From Antedon mediterranea (lineage: Eukaryota; Animalia; Echinodermata): a stretch of 64,000 nucleotides of DNA. How positions within the stretch are numbered: the stretch's first letter is position 1; the number at the start of each line of letters is the position of its first letter. The notes beneath the pieces are model-generated. The model was not told the origin of the DNA. It saw nothing but the letters and a program-made list of their open reading frames with translations, and searched no databases. Shown here one piece after another: positions 26,401 to 36,609 of this stretch. Position numbers and translations under genes: made by a program. Where the stretch lies: positions 16,944,871-17,008,870 of the forward strand of contig NC_092676.1 of NCBI RefSeq assembly GCF_964355755.1, in the 5' to 3' direction.

Positions 26401-29400
26401 TGTTTAGTAATGGATGAAAAATTTATTTTAGGTGCTTCACGGTACAGAAGGTTACTTGTAAATTAAAAAATTGGTGAACAAACGAACAATTAACATAATT
26501 CGTTTTTGCTGTAGTGTAGCGTATGTCGACGCAGTACACGACGTAACCGTCGGTAAACTTCGCCTGGAAAATAACACATTACACATTTTGGTCCCTGGAT
26601 ACCGCCAGACAAGTGCGTACCTAGCTATTGTTTAGTAGTAAGTTAGATCGCTGGCAATAATGAATGCATATAAAGTGCATAATATCACTCTGACGTACTC
26701 TCACGGTCAATGGAACGTCGTGGTTTTCTAGGCGCTGAAGCTATATGAAGTGAACGCGAACGTTTTTTACTGTATATTATATTCCTCGACAAAAAGTACC
26801 CGTGTTCCCCGACGGGGGGGGGGGGGGCTCGGCTCCCCGACGAGGGGGCTAGAGCCCCCGTAGTTGGCCTTCCCTTGTTTAGGCGCCGTATTCGATAGTG
26901 TCTGTATTTCCAGACATGTCTTTACCGCCGGTTAAGTTGTCTGTATTTCTCCAGCAAACAATTTACCGCGTACATGAAGCGCTACGCTATTGCTTGTCGT
27001 CACATGATCGACTGCGCATGTTTTACATCGAGTTTGTAGTCAGTTCAGATTCCGTAATTTAATTACCGGTATTTTTTCATTTTATATTAGCATATTTTTG
27101 TTTGTATACCATTGATAATGTAAATTTTGTATATATATAATGATATTGTCTTTAGTTAAACAAGACAAGAAAAAATACCAACCGAGGAAATTGTGGACCT
27201 TTTGGGACTTGGGGGGGTGCGTCTGCACCCAACGCACCCCCCTAGATACGGGCCTGCACCAACTTCAAGATTGCCAGCCTGATTGGTTTTTTTTGTTGTA
27301 AAACCTTGTTTTACTTCAACTAGGTGGTTTTTAAATATGATAAGTATTAAGATCTGAATGTTAACAATTTTGTTTTTTAGCTGAGTTCAGCTGGTAGGAC
27401 TTCAAGTATTAAGAATTTCAAAGATCCAGCAATTAGTAACAGTCGGCCAGTGATTGACTTGATAGATGCCATTAAACCTGAGTCCATCAATTACTCAAAC
27501 GTCGAAAATGATGTAAGTAAAGAGGTTATTATTATTTTTTTTATTTTTTTGAAAACTGTTACATTGTGAACTTAAACAAATTCTTTTAGAAGCCAGTGAT
27601 ATGATATTAACTTGAATAATGGTATTTAATGAAGCCCTGATGAGCAATGTTTACAAGTTTTTCATTCCTAATACCCTTTTTTCAAAGTAGTCCAAATCCT
27701 TTTTTTCGTGTGCAGATCATGGGGAAAGTGTAAACATTGTGTTTTATGAATATTTGAATCATGCTAGTTATAAAAACCCATGTTGTCGAATTTCTAAAAT
27801 TCATTCTTTTTTTTTTTTTTTTTATTCAGATAATATTTATTTAGATAATAATGAATGAATATATACAAAATAGAAAAAAGATATTAAAGTGAACATAGAT
27901 AAAGCAGTAATTGGTAGTCATTATTATCATGGATCCCTTCTAGAAGTTAAAAACTTGTCTCGTAGGGACCCATAACAAAACACATTACTAAAAAAATAAA
28001 AATAACCTAGAATATATAATTATATAATTTAGGATAAAAAATTACAGTATAATAACATAACTAACATCTTCTTTATAAAAATTATTTAAATTATATTTCA
28101 ATAGTTTCATGATAATTATAAATGAAATAACTACCGATATTGGTAAATGAAAAAAAAAATATGTATACATAAATTATAATTCCAGTATATATATAGTATA
28201 TAGTATATACTATATATACATTATATATAGATTAAAGATTGCAATAATAAACAACAACTAATATTTTGTGTAAGACATAAATAGTATATGAGTATAAATA
28301 ATGATCATCTTTGACCTCTGACCTCAATTTGAATGTTGTGCCCATTGAAAACAAAATGGTCATATCTTTGTAACACTTAGATTAAATGAAATAATTTATT
28401 GGAAAATTATTTGGGAGATGCATATTATTATTCGTTCTAATGAAAAAGTTTGTCCAAAAATGACTGGAACTATGATTTTTGGCATATTTGACCTTTGACC
28501 TACATATCATCCGTAACTAACAGTTGGAAAAACTTCAAATAGGGCTCAAATTAATCTGAAGTTATATGTTTCTATTCAGTCTAATAAGAACTTTTTCAAG
28601 AAAATGACCCAAAATATTTTTATTGACCTTTGAGCTGGACTGGTACTCTATAATCTCAAAAACTATTGGTCGTAAAAATAGTTTTTGAGATTATAGTACT
28701 ACTAATACAAGGTCAAAGGTCAATAACAATATTTTGGGTCATTTTCTTCAAACTTTTTCATTAGAACGAATATTAATATGCATCTCCCAAATAATTTGAC
28801 ACTAAAATTATTTCATTTAGTCTAAGCGTTGCAAAGATATGACCATTTTGTTTTCAATGGGTCAAAACATTCAAATTGAGGTCAGAGGTCAAAGATGAAT
28901 TTTAGAAATTTGACAACATGGGTTTTTATAACCAGCATGATTCAAATATTCATAAAACACAATGTTTACACTTTCCCCATGATCTGCACACGAATGCACT
29001 TTTTTGACATAGGGATCTAGACTAAAGCAAAAAAGTTGTTGAAAATTCGGATGACAATTGTATTGTTTTCATACAAATTACCTTTGGAATTATTAATTAC
29101 AATATTACTATTTTCCAAATGTTGAAATTTGTTAATTAACTTTGCTTAATATTAAACACAGACCTGAAATTGCACCCAAATCATGTTTTTACAAAATAAT
29201 GCAGCATTCAAAATTCAAAATAGCACTGGTCCACCGGCTAATGGCTAGTTAAATGCGTGGAGGACCAGTTAAATAGTTGAATAACAAGTGTGCTTGCCAG
29301 TTAGAATTTATATGAAATCTGACGAAATATAAATAATTTTACTCAATTCACATCTTCATGATTTCCTTACGAAATATTAAGATTGATTGTCCGTATTTCA

Positions 29401-30008
29401 TTTTTAGTTTTTTTAAGTGTAATGTTCAGGTACGATTGGCTGTTTATTGAAGGCCTCCCTAATAAGTCCATATTCTATGACCAGTAAAAGAAGTAGAGAA
29501 CCAGTATAAATGTAATTTTACTGGTCCTCTTGTCTAGTTAAAAAGAAACCTTAATGTGTTTGTCACTGCTCAAACTTGGTTACAACAACAAAAAGGGTAT
29601 AAAGGGGAGCTTATACTTAACTCAACTTTGTCGATTAAGTGCTTCAAACAAATGAACATAAGTGACTCTAACTGAAAGTAATGCAAGATACTGTATGTCG
29701 CCAGAAGCACAGTTGAGTCAAGTCGGAACATGTCTACTTGATAGAAGTCAACGTAAGTGCTCTAGCGCAACTAGTTCCTTTAATTTGATTTTCAGTTCCA
29801 GGTCAATATAAGCTTAATAAGAATTTAAATTGTCTAAACATTCTTTTTTTTCTAGGACTTGCAAAATGCAAAGTATGCTATTTCTATGGCTCGTAAGATC
29901 GGAGCCCGTGTCTATGCTCTCCCAGAAGACATCGTTGAGGTCAACCCTAAGATGGTTTTGACAGTTTTCGCCTGTCTCATGATAGTTGATATGCAGAAAA
30001 CGGAATAA
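2334..30008 (+). CDS. PLS3: Plastin/fimbrin (2 EF-hands + 4 calponin-homology domains), multi-exon, 5' coding exon not found in window
   Basis: Exons joined manually: 2334-2489, 3596-3740, 16245-16353, 17305-17524, 18650-18794, 19601-19719, 20387-20461, 20906-21029, 21651-21739, 22087-22282, 24801-24910, 27381-27512, 29856-30008. Total 1773 nt, all GT-AG, phases compatible, 590 aa + TAA. Hallmark motifs [112 protein letters not shown]. Symbol denotes the family; paralog identity cannot be resolved. Confidence 0.96.
2961..2990. mobile_element. 30-bp palindrome with 7-bp TSD (P-element-like remnant)
   Basis: CATGGAGGTATAAAA|TTTTATACCTTCATA flanked on both sides by ATTAAAC. Confidence 0.6.
3596..3740 (+). 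CDS. PLS3: Plastin exon (linker to CH1)
   Basis: aacag acceptor, gtaagt donor; [18 protein letters not shown]...[13 protein letters not shown]. Confidence 0.92.
3837..5679. mobile_element. Non-autonomous Tc1/mariner-type (CAGT termini, TA TSD) element
   Basis: TIRs CAGTACAGATAATAAATACTGCAACATTTG / CAAATGTTGCAGTAGTTTTTATCTGTACTG, TA on both sides, subterminal CTACGCGTAG repeats, no transposase ORF. Confidence 0.85.
5685..7662. mobile_element. Non-autonomous hAT-like element with 5-bp TSD (hAT5-like)
   Basis: 16-bp perfect TIR CAGGGCTGCAAATTAA / TTAATTTGCAGCCCTG; TAAGA on both flanks. Confidence 0.82.
12327..15505 (-). mobile_element. Full-length Rex1/Babar-like non-LTR retrotransposon, antisense in a plastin intron
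   Basis: One reading frame with APE endonuclease (NVRSL, FTET, GDFN, SDH) and RT ([29 protein letters not shown]). 3' end AATTTCC...GGATCAATAAAAG(TTATC)n is typical of Rex1-group elements. Approximate TSD GAAATTATT(C/A)TATAA at 12316-12330 and 15530-15544. Confidence 0.9.
12466..15549 (-). pseudogene. Rex1-like EN-RT ORF interrupted by two in-frame TGA codons (15103-15105, 13585-13587)
   Basis: ORF-track pieces 15103-15549, 13585-15090 and 12466-13578 share one frame: ...[13 protein letters not shown]... and ...ERII*KIMQPY...; the true start is uncertain. Confidence 0.85.
16245..16353 (+). CDS. PLS3: Plastin exon (CH1)
   Basis: polypyrimidine+cag acceptor, gtaact donor; [37 protein letters not shown]. 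Confidence 0.93.
16581..16880. mobile_element. Kolobok-like MITE, diverged copy
   Basis: Starts TTAA AGATGTACTATATCCCC and matches the complete copy at 31534-31852; right end degraded. Confidence 0.65.
17305..17524 (+). CDS. PLS3: Plastin exon (CH1)
   Basis: tttcag / gtaagt; [18 protein letters not shown]...[12 protein letters not shown]. Confidence 0.95.
17598..18584. mobile_element. Non-autonomous TAG...CTA TIR element (Academ-like)
   Basis: TIR TAGGTGATCATTT / AAATGATCACCTA; internal TGACGTCA motifs; flanks TAT/TAA. Confidence 0.65.
18650..18794 (+). CDS. PLS3: Plastin exon (CH1-CH2)
   Basis: ctttag / gtacat; [24 protein letters not shown]...[18 protein letters not shown]. Confidence 0.94.
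19172..19250 (+). repeat. Degenerate tRNA-derived (SINE-head-like) sequence
   Basis: A-box-like TGGCGCAGCGG and B-box-like GAGTTCAAGTCT at tRNA-like spacing; no convincing cloverleaf. Confidence 0.4.
19601..19719 (+). CDS. PLS3: Plastin exon (CH2)
   Basis: ttttag / gtaagt; [28 protein letters not shown]. Confidence 0.93.
19761..19917. mobile_element. Short PIF/Harbinger (Tourist)-like MITE; related copies at 21425-21555, ~11690-11810 (reverse) and ~58545-58660
   Basis: TIR-like CTGTCTACACTATCAAA / TTTGATAGTGTAGACA; shared core ATATGGACATGATG...CACTACCATATTTGGGCA; the 21425 copy is flanked by TAA/TTA. Confidence 0.75.
20387..20461 (+). CDS. PLS3: Plastin exon (CH2)
   Basis: catag / gtatgc; [25 protein letters not shown]. 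Confidence 0.9.
20906..21029 (+). CDS. PLS3: Plastin exon (CH2-CH3 linker)
   Basis: tttcag / gtgagt; [27 protein letters not shown]...EETREEK. Confidence 0.95.
21651..21739 (+). CDS. PLS3: Plastin exon (CH3)
   Basis: tttcag / gtaaaa; [30 protein letters not shown]. Confidence 0.94.
22087..22282 (+). CDS. PLS3: Plastin exon (CH3)
   Basis: tttcag / gtaagc; [16 protein letters not shown]...[34 protein letters not shown]. Confidence 0.95.
22348..24760 (-). mobile_element. Rearranged L1/Tx1-clade retrotransposon, antisense in a plastin intron
   Basis: Poly(A) tail with AATAAA at the 22348 end. ORF2 C-terminal half 22803-24116 (QYADD, CLGI, LSPIGK, KGGL) and frameshifted zf-[17 protein letters not shown] (22624-22830). 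ORF1 coiled-coil with [14 protein letters not shown] at ~24400-24759. Endonuclease and N-terminal RT are missing. Confidence 0.87.
24801..24910 (+). CDS. PLS3: Plastin exon (CH3-CH4)
   Basis: tttcag / gtaagc; [37 protein letters not shown]. Confidence 0.95.
25473..27256. mobile_element. GC-rich non-autonomous hAT5-like element with a probable nested element (~25648-26890)
   Basis: TIR CAGGCCCGTAT / ATACGGGCCTG; CACCA on both flanks; internal CCCCGACGAGGGGGCT repeats near 25690 and 26835. Confidence 0.8.
27381..27512 (+). CDS. PLS3: Plastin exon (CH4)
   Basis: ttttag / gtaagt; [44 protein letters not shown]. Confidence 0.94.
27688..29024. mobile_element. Foldback-type Academ-like element with long inverted arms, left arm interrupted by a LINE tail
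   Basis: Termini TAGTCCAAATCC / GGATCTAGACTA, AAG TSD; 27705-27803 + 28305-28450 is the inverted match of ~28750-28995; central hairpin ~28590-28750. Confidence 0.85.
27805..28303 (-). mobile_element. 5'-truncated LINE 3' UTR fragment
   Basis: Poly(T) run then TTTATT (AATAAA on - strand), stem-loop GGATCCCT...AGGGACCC near 27930-27970, no ORF; it splits one arm of the surrounding element. Confidence 0.7.
29856..30008 (+). CDS. PLS3: Plastin last coding exon (CH4, stop)
   Basis: ttctag acceptor; [53 protein letters not shown]. Confidence 0.96.
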   Translation, partial: DLQNAKYAISMARKIGARVYALPEDIVEVNPKMVLTVFACLMIVDMQKTE

Positions 30009-31533
30009 ATTTTAACATGCTCATTTCAGAAACTTTGTTACATCTTTAATACATTAAACAAAAAATACAGAAAACAACCACAATTTCAATTGAAGTATAT
30101 GGTTTTTAACAACTCCATTATTCTGGGGTTATAGATATGGTATTTCCTTCTCTCTGTATTACTTGTTACACAGTTCAATAATGTCTCTTATAGCAGAGAT
30201 AAAGAATGTACAGTAATTTGAAATAGATAAAAGCTATACTCATCCCTGGTGGTGAATGTTGTTTAACAAATATTTAATAACCACATACATTATGCAAATT
30301 TGTTATAATAGATATTTTTCACGCATTTTAGTTTCTTTTTTATTCAACATGCAAATTAACGAAGCTTCCAATTTAGGTCAGTAGAATATTGTAAGCAAAT
30401 TGTTAGTGGTTCACAAATGGGTGCTTGCATTTTGTATTCCTTTTCAATCGCCTTAGATAAATATTGACTTTTTGTATGAACAAATTTATATAAATACTTC
30501 AATTGAAATTATATTATACATATTACAATAAGTCGTTTTTGTTATTAGTATCTTAATAGCATAGTAAGCTAGAAAAGAATAATATATTAACAACAATCAT
30601 TGCATGGTTTATTTTGATACAAACACAAATTCAAAAGTAACTTTTTGATATTTAATACTGCAGTTTTTATTTCAAATGTTAGATAATGTAGGTATTGTTA
30701 GACTGAAGTTAAGAATGTTTCTTGAATTACCACTCTTTCATAAGTAAGAAATTTTAATTTAGTAATATCGCATAATATTTCCTTTATCGGAGCACACAGC
30801 CCCACAGGATGTAGGTCTTGTTAGACCTGTAACAATGAGTATGCTAATTCAATGATATGCCGTATGCCAAAGACATGATAATTTGATCTATGTCTCCCCG
30901 ATGATATGCACTCCATAGCCCTCCTCGTAACAAGCCTTCTTGGCCGGTTCTTGAAGGCCTAGGTCTAAATAATAGATTCTTTTTAATCTTGCATTGTTTG
31001 AAACATACAGTAGGCCTACTCCTGATAAAAGTAACAGAAATTTATATTGATTAAAATTAAGTTAATATTTTATTGACATTTTATTGACTTCTGATTGACT
31101 GATAATCAGTGGTTGTTTCTGATTGGACAGATTTAAACATTAGAAAGAAAACTGGTCCTTCTAATCAGTTTTAATATGATATTTTCGAAACGATTGAAAT
31201 TTTAATATCATTAAGGTTGCATTTAATAAATCAATTTTGGTTTGTGGTTTTTTAATTCTTTCTTTTTCTATTCATGCAATTAAATTGATATGTAGGTTTG
31301 CACCAGCAATATAGATTTTTAATCAAAACAAATCAATATGTATATTAAGCATAAGTACTTTAACAGATAAAGGCTATAGTTAATATTTCTTTTTACATAT
31401 TTGTATTATTTCTGATTTATCTTTGTTAAATTTTATATAATTAACAAATATCGTTATCTGTATAATTGGGGAATTGTGAATAATTATAGATTTATTTGAG
31501 TATATACAAACTATTTTTATTTTATTAGTTTAA

Positions 31534-31852
31534 AGATGTATTGTCCCTCAAAAACATGAAAAATGAAGATTAGTTTAATCAGACTTTGAATATGTTATTT
31601 TGTAGTTTTAATCACTTCAATAGAAAAAAAAAGAAAAAAACTCACAAAATAAATGTTAAAATTCAACCAAAAATCCATTTGCTGGCAGCCAATTAGACCA
31701 TTTTTTTTTGCTTTAAATTACAATTTTTTCAGTTAAATAGATTTGTTTTTGATCCAATTTTAGTTCAAAGTAAATAACTATTATGTTACATTAAAATGGA
31801 ATATTCAACAAAATTTTTTTAAGAATTTTTTTTTTAGGGGGACAATACATCT
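31534..31852. mobile_element. Kolobok-like MITE (complete copy)
   Basis: TTAA on both flanks; 14-bp TIR AGATGTATTGTCCC / GGGACAATACATCT. Confidence 0.85.
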
Positions 31853-31890
31853 TTAATTGGATTTCTTGTACTGTATGTTATAGCTTATTA

Positions 31891-32249
31891 CCGTATTTAT
31901 TCGAATAAACTCTCCGCTAGCAATAAGCGCCCACCCCCACCTTAAAACATCATTTGGAATAAATTTATTTTCTCGAATGAACGCCCGATCGCCACATGCA
32001 TATACACACTACTGTATTACAACGCATTTCTATTTATAGTAGAATTCATTGATTGATATTTTACCAAGCAATTTTACTGTATTTTATCACTTGTGTTGTG
32101 TAATTGTTGTATTTTTTCATATCTAGGTGGTAGTTTAATTATTTAATTATACATTATCATATTACGCCTCACCCGAATATAGGCGTACCTCGAATAAACT
32201 CCCCTCCCGAAAAATAAACGCCCAGGAGCGTTTATTCGAATAAATACGG
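31891..32249. mobile_element. Tc1/mariner (pogo-like, CCGTA termini) MITE; partial relatives at ~530-640 and ~15900-15990
   Basis: 20-bp TIR CCGTATTTATTCGAATAAAC / GTTTATTCGAATAAATACGG, TA at the left flank. Confidence 0.8.
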
Positions 32250-33596
32250 AATGTTTTTTTGTCTAAGGCCTATTAGGCCTTATAATGTTACCAGTCGTAG
32301 AATAGTTGCACACATTAATTTGATGCTTATGCTTCAATATATCGTTTTGTTGATTATTCTTCTAAATAAATACTAAATAAAATCAAATTTGTTTCAGAAT
32401 ATTACTAAAACTTTGTCTGGTTAAAATATTAAACTTATTCTATGATTTAGATAAATAGTTTGGATATAAAATATATACATTTTTTAAATAGTTATATTTT
32501 TCGCGCCGCGCATTTAGGCAGTTATAGAGGACGGAAGCATTAGGAAACTGTATCACGCGAATAGTTTACTACGGCTTAACAATTTTGTAAACTATGATTG
32601 GGCATGCTTGAAGAAGCGAGTCTATGAGACGTATGCAGACAGTAGATCTACCCCGGAATAATAACATAATTTAGTTTAAGATTATATTTTTCTTCTGTAC
32701 ATCAGTAGGCCACGGACGGTTCGGAAATAAAAGCTGATTGAGTGCGGATTTAATTTAAATAATTGATATACTAAATCAATTACAGAAGGAAAATTGAATC
32801 CAGTCATAATAATATATACATCCTCAAAACAGTGTAAATGTATTTAATAACCAATAAACCATGATTTATGATTAATAGAGCATTTCAGAATATATTTTAC
32901 GTTACAGAAAACAGTACTACTAAACTAAATAATAAATCATAATTCCTTAAATTATTAAATACAATAAAAAAATTTTTAAAAAGAAACCATTTAATGAAGA
33001 AAGAACAACGATTAAAACCGTTACGTCAAAAAGTGGCGTTTTTTGTACGTCAAAAAAAATCTTTAAATTTACTTTGTCATTGTTTGTTTTTGTAGCTTTA
33101 TGATGTATTGTCCCCCAAAACAGATGATTATCAAACTTTGATTAGACCATTTTGGTTTTAATAAGGTAATTCACTTGAGCAAAAACAATGATTTTGCTTT
33201 ACTTGTTAAAATTTACCAGAAACCTATCCCAACATGCTACCTCTGACTTTTTCATTTAACTTACAGTTTCATCAGTTACTCTTTTCAACCAAATTGCCTG
33301 CCAGGCATGAAGCAAACACATCTTTAAAATGAAGATAAATGAAGATGAATATTATTGTATATATATCCTATCTTAATTATTTTTAACCTGAAGAAACTTT
33401 GAATTTAAGCATAGTCAAATTGGCTGCCAGGCATGAAACAAACACATCTTTAAAATATATTGTTCCCAAAAACATGATAAATGAAGATGAATATTATTAA
33501 TAGGTCATATTACAGTTTCAATAAAGTTATTCACTTCTGTAGGAATAACGAACAAAAATAAAGATTTAATTTATAAAAATGTAAATAAACGGTTAA

Positions 33597-33885
33597 AGAT
33601 GTATTGTCCCCAAAAAACATGAAAAATGAAGATTAATAAAATTAGACTTTACATAGGCTATTTTGCAGTTTTAATAAAGGCATTCACTTCTGTTAAAAAA
33701 AAAAAAAATAATTGTTTCACTTAAAAAAAGACAAACGAAACGGTTAATTTAAAAAAAAAACATTGTCTGATAGACAAATTAAATATTTTTGCTTTGAATT
33801 ACATATTTTCATGTAAATCAATTTTTTTTTCGATTCAGTGTTTGTTTGGTCAAAAAATTTGAAAAATGTTGTTAGGGGGACAACA
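33597..33885. mobile_element. Kolobok-like MITE copy (another partial copy at ~33100-33290)
   Basis: TTAA AGATGTATTGTCCCC...TTAGGGGGACAA, homologous to 31534-31852. Confidence 0.75.
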
Positions 33886-33888
33886 TAT

Positions 33889-33923
<35 letters not shown>

Positions 33924-34948
33924 TATCTTAATTATTTTTAACCTGAAGAAACTGTAAATTGATGGAAAAAATAGTCAAATTGGCTGCCAGGCAAAAAAAT
34001 GTCCTATATCGTTCTATTGTTGTGTCAAGAAGAGCTATTGTAGGTTTGATAAGCCTACTCATTGTCCTGTAGCAAATGTATTTACCTACTCAGCTATCTC
34101 TTCGGTTTTATGGGACGCTGAAAGTGTTTTAAAGCCCTCTGTATGCCTATATCTATAAAATAACAGAGCTAGAAATAGCGTAAAGCAAATAAGCAACTTA
34201 ACGGTGTGTTTTCTTCATTACTTGGTAAATATGATTAGCGAGTATTCCATGACCAAACGCTGAGCAGTAGGCCGAAAGAAATAGTTTTATTGAAATAGCC
34301 GGCGCCTTGTTAGAATTTACGACGGTTTTAGTGAAGGATCCATAAACGTTAGGAGCCTATGTAAACCCGATGACAAGCCATGGGATGACTATTACATACA
34401 ATCAGTGCGACATTATGATACTCGCTTCTTTTGATTTACGTTGATGTTTCAGTAATAATTGCGATTTGCTGAATCATTCTAATGTGAGACCGAAATTATG
34501 GTTTTCTATTTGTTGATCATAATAATGTAATAAATAAAACATTAATTCTTAATGTGTCGAGATCGGATTTTGCAAGTGAACTTATTTAGACCATTGTAGG
34601 TCACGCCTTCATTAAGGTAGTTTCTATACCATTTAATTTTTAATGAGTGCTTTATGAGTTCTTAATCGTACTTTAAATATGAATGCCATTTAAAATAAAA
34701 CGATATACTGATAACATTCACTTTTGTTATTCTTTGACGGTGCTTAATAGGCTCTACGAACAATCCGGATACTATTCAGCTGAATACTTGCTTTAAAACG
34801 TTATGTCTCTCTGTTATGTTATGTAACACATTTTCCAAAACCATAACTTCTTGGAGGTTCTTTGGACGTTTAAGCATGTTGTCTCCGGCGACCTTTGTGT
34901 TCTTAAAACGTTTTGCATAGATATTCTGTGAACTATATGAACGATATG

Positions 34949-35356
34949 CAGGCCCGTAGCCAGGGAGAGGCGGAGAGGGCGAGGGTTATGGTTCATTCTG
35001 TATCCCCTTTAATCAATTGCGAACCCACATCCGCGACAAGCACAATACCCTCACCCCATCTCAGACAATCCTTCAAATACGTTCCCCATGGTACCAAAAG
35101 TTTATTCGTAAATTGAAAAATTCGTAAACCTGAACCAGAAAACGCACATCTAACATGCATAGGCTACGGCAACAAAAAATGTTATCGTCCTTTGGATAGG
35201 CACGTGTTTACCGCCGGAAAAAAGTACGATTGTTTTGCTCATTGGTACTAGCATGCTACACGAGATTGTATTTTCCAACAATCTGGAGGTGTCATTCAGG
35301 TTCCTTTTGTCCCCCTCCCAACGTCCCCCTCCCAACATATCCTGGCTACGGTCCTG
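34949..35356. mobile_element. Small hAT5-like MITE
   Basis: TIR CAGGCCCGTAGCCAGG / CCTGGCTACGGTCCTG (1 mismatch); ATATG on both flanks. Confidence 0.85.
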
Positions 35357-35605
35357 ATATGACAATAAAAACATTCATGAAAACTAATAAGAACAATTAA
35401 TTAATTAAGCAACATCTTAGTTAAGTCGAAGATACTCTTCAGGTGGAATGTCATCCTGAGATGAGTAGTAGTGATGGTCTTGTTTATTTTATTTCATTTA
35501 TATGTAGCCTAATTTTTACTTTCTATGGACCAGAGATTCCGGAATAAAAGATTTATTGATTGAATGAATGAAAGCGTTTTACAACGTCCAACATGTCCTC
35601 GTTTC

Positions 35606-35660
35606 CTTACGACGACGTTCTCTTTACGACGACGTTCTCCTTACGACGACGTTCTCCTTA
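35606..35660. repeat. Tandem repeat, 3 x 17 bp
   Basis: (CTTACGACGACGTTCTC)x3, near-perfect. Confidence 0.85.
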
Positions 35661-36609
35661 CACAACAAGTATAATCCAACACTTTAATAATACGAGACAT
35701 TTATTATTCTGTATTATACAGTTTTCATTATGCTGCGCCGCAATACTATAATAGATTCTATGATTATTTAATTAGCGGCCTATATAACCATATCTGTGTT
35801 GATTGATCAACATACTTCGTCAATAGATCTATAATAACCAAGTCTACTTTATGTATAGTTAAATATAGGACAGCGATTTCAGGCGTCTATATAGTAAACA
35901 GACCTAGACAACTCGGATATCTGAGAAGTTATTTAAAATACTTTAGACCTACCGTTTTAGAATATCTAGAATTTATTTGATCTACAAATAAAAATTGCCA
36001 ATAAGAGAATTCACCAAAAAAAAGCCCAAAATTGTCAACAATACCGATCAAATAATGTTGTAAATAATGATCAATATTTTTTAATTTAAAGCAAAATTAT
36101 GCAAACCCTGCTTATAACAGTAATAATATATACAGTGAAATATATTATAATATATTATAAAAAGGTATACTGTATACAGTATTAATCCCTATTATTAATA
36201 ATGAAATGGTCCATTTATTAGAGGTCTGAGGTTTCTAATAAAAAAATCAAACTAGAAAACTCAGATCTATTTGAGTTTTCAGACACCCCCATGATTTAAA
36301 TACATTAATCTCAGAGTCTGCATAAGAAGTCGAATTGCATAAGTGTCTTTGTAGGCCTAATAAGTTTGTAACTTGAAGAGAAATCAAATTTAAAAACAGT
36401 AGGCCTATGAAGTATTGCAAAAGGTAAGTTCCCATCATGGGGAATTCATTTCACGACAAGGCCGGTGGTGGTTTGAGAAAAAGAGAGCAGTGTTAAGGAT
36501 AGTAGGCCTATGTTTACGTCGAATCTTTACGTGATACAAAACTGCTAAAAACGTAGCGTAGCCGGAATGTGATGGTTCCAATTTTTCCGAATTAGTATCC
36601 AGTTGGATT

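Noticed and set aside
30004-30009. AATAAA overlapping the plastin stop codon as the poly(A) signal
   Set aside because: Common in AT-rich DNA and other candidates lie downstream; cannot be supported without 3'-end data
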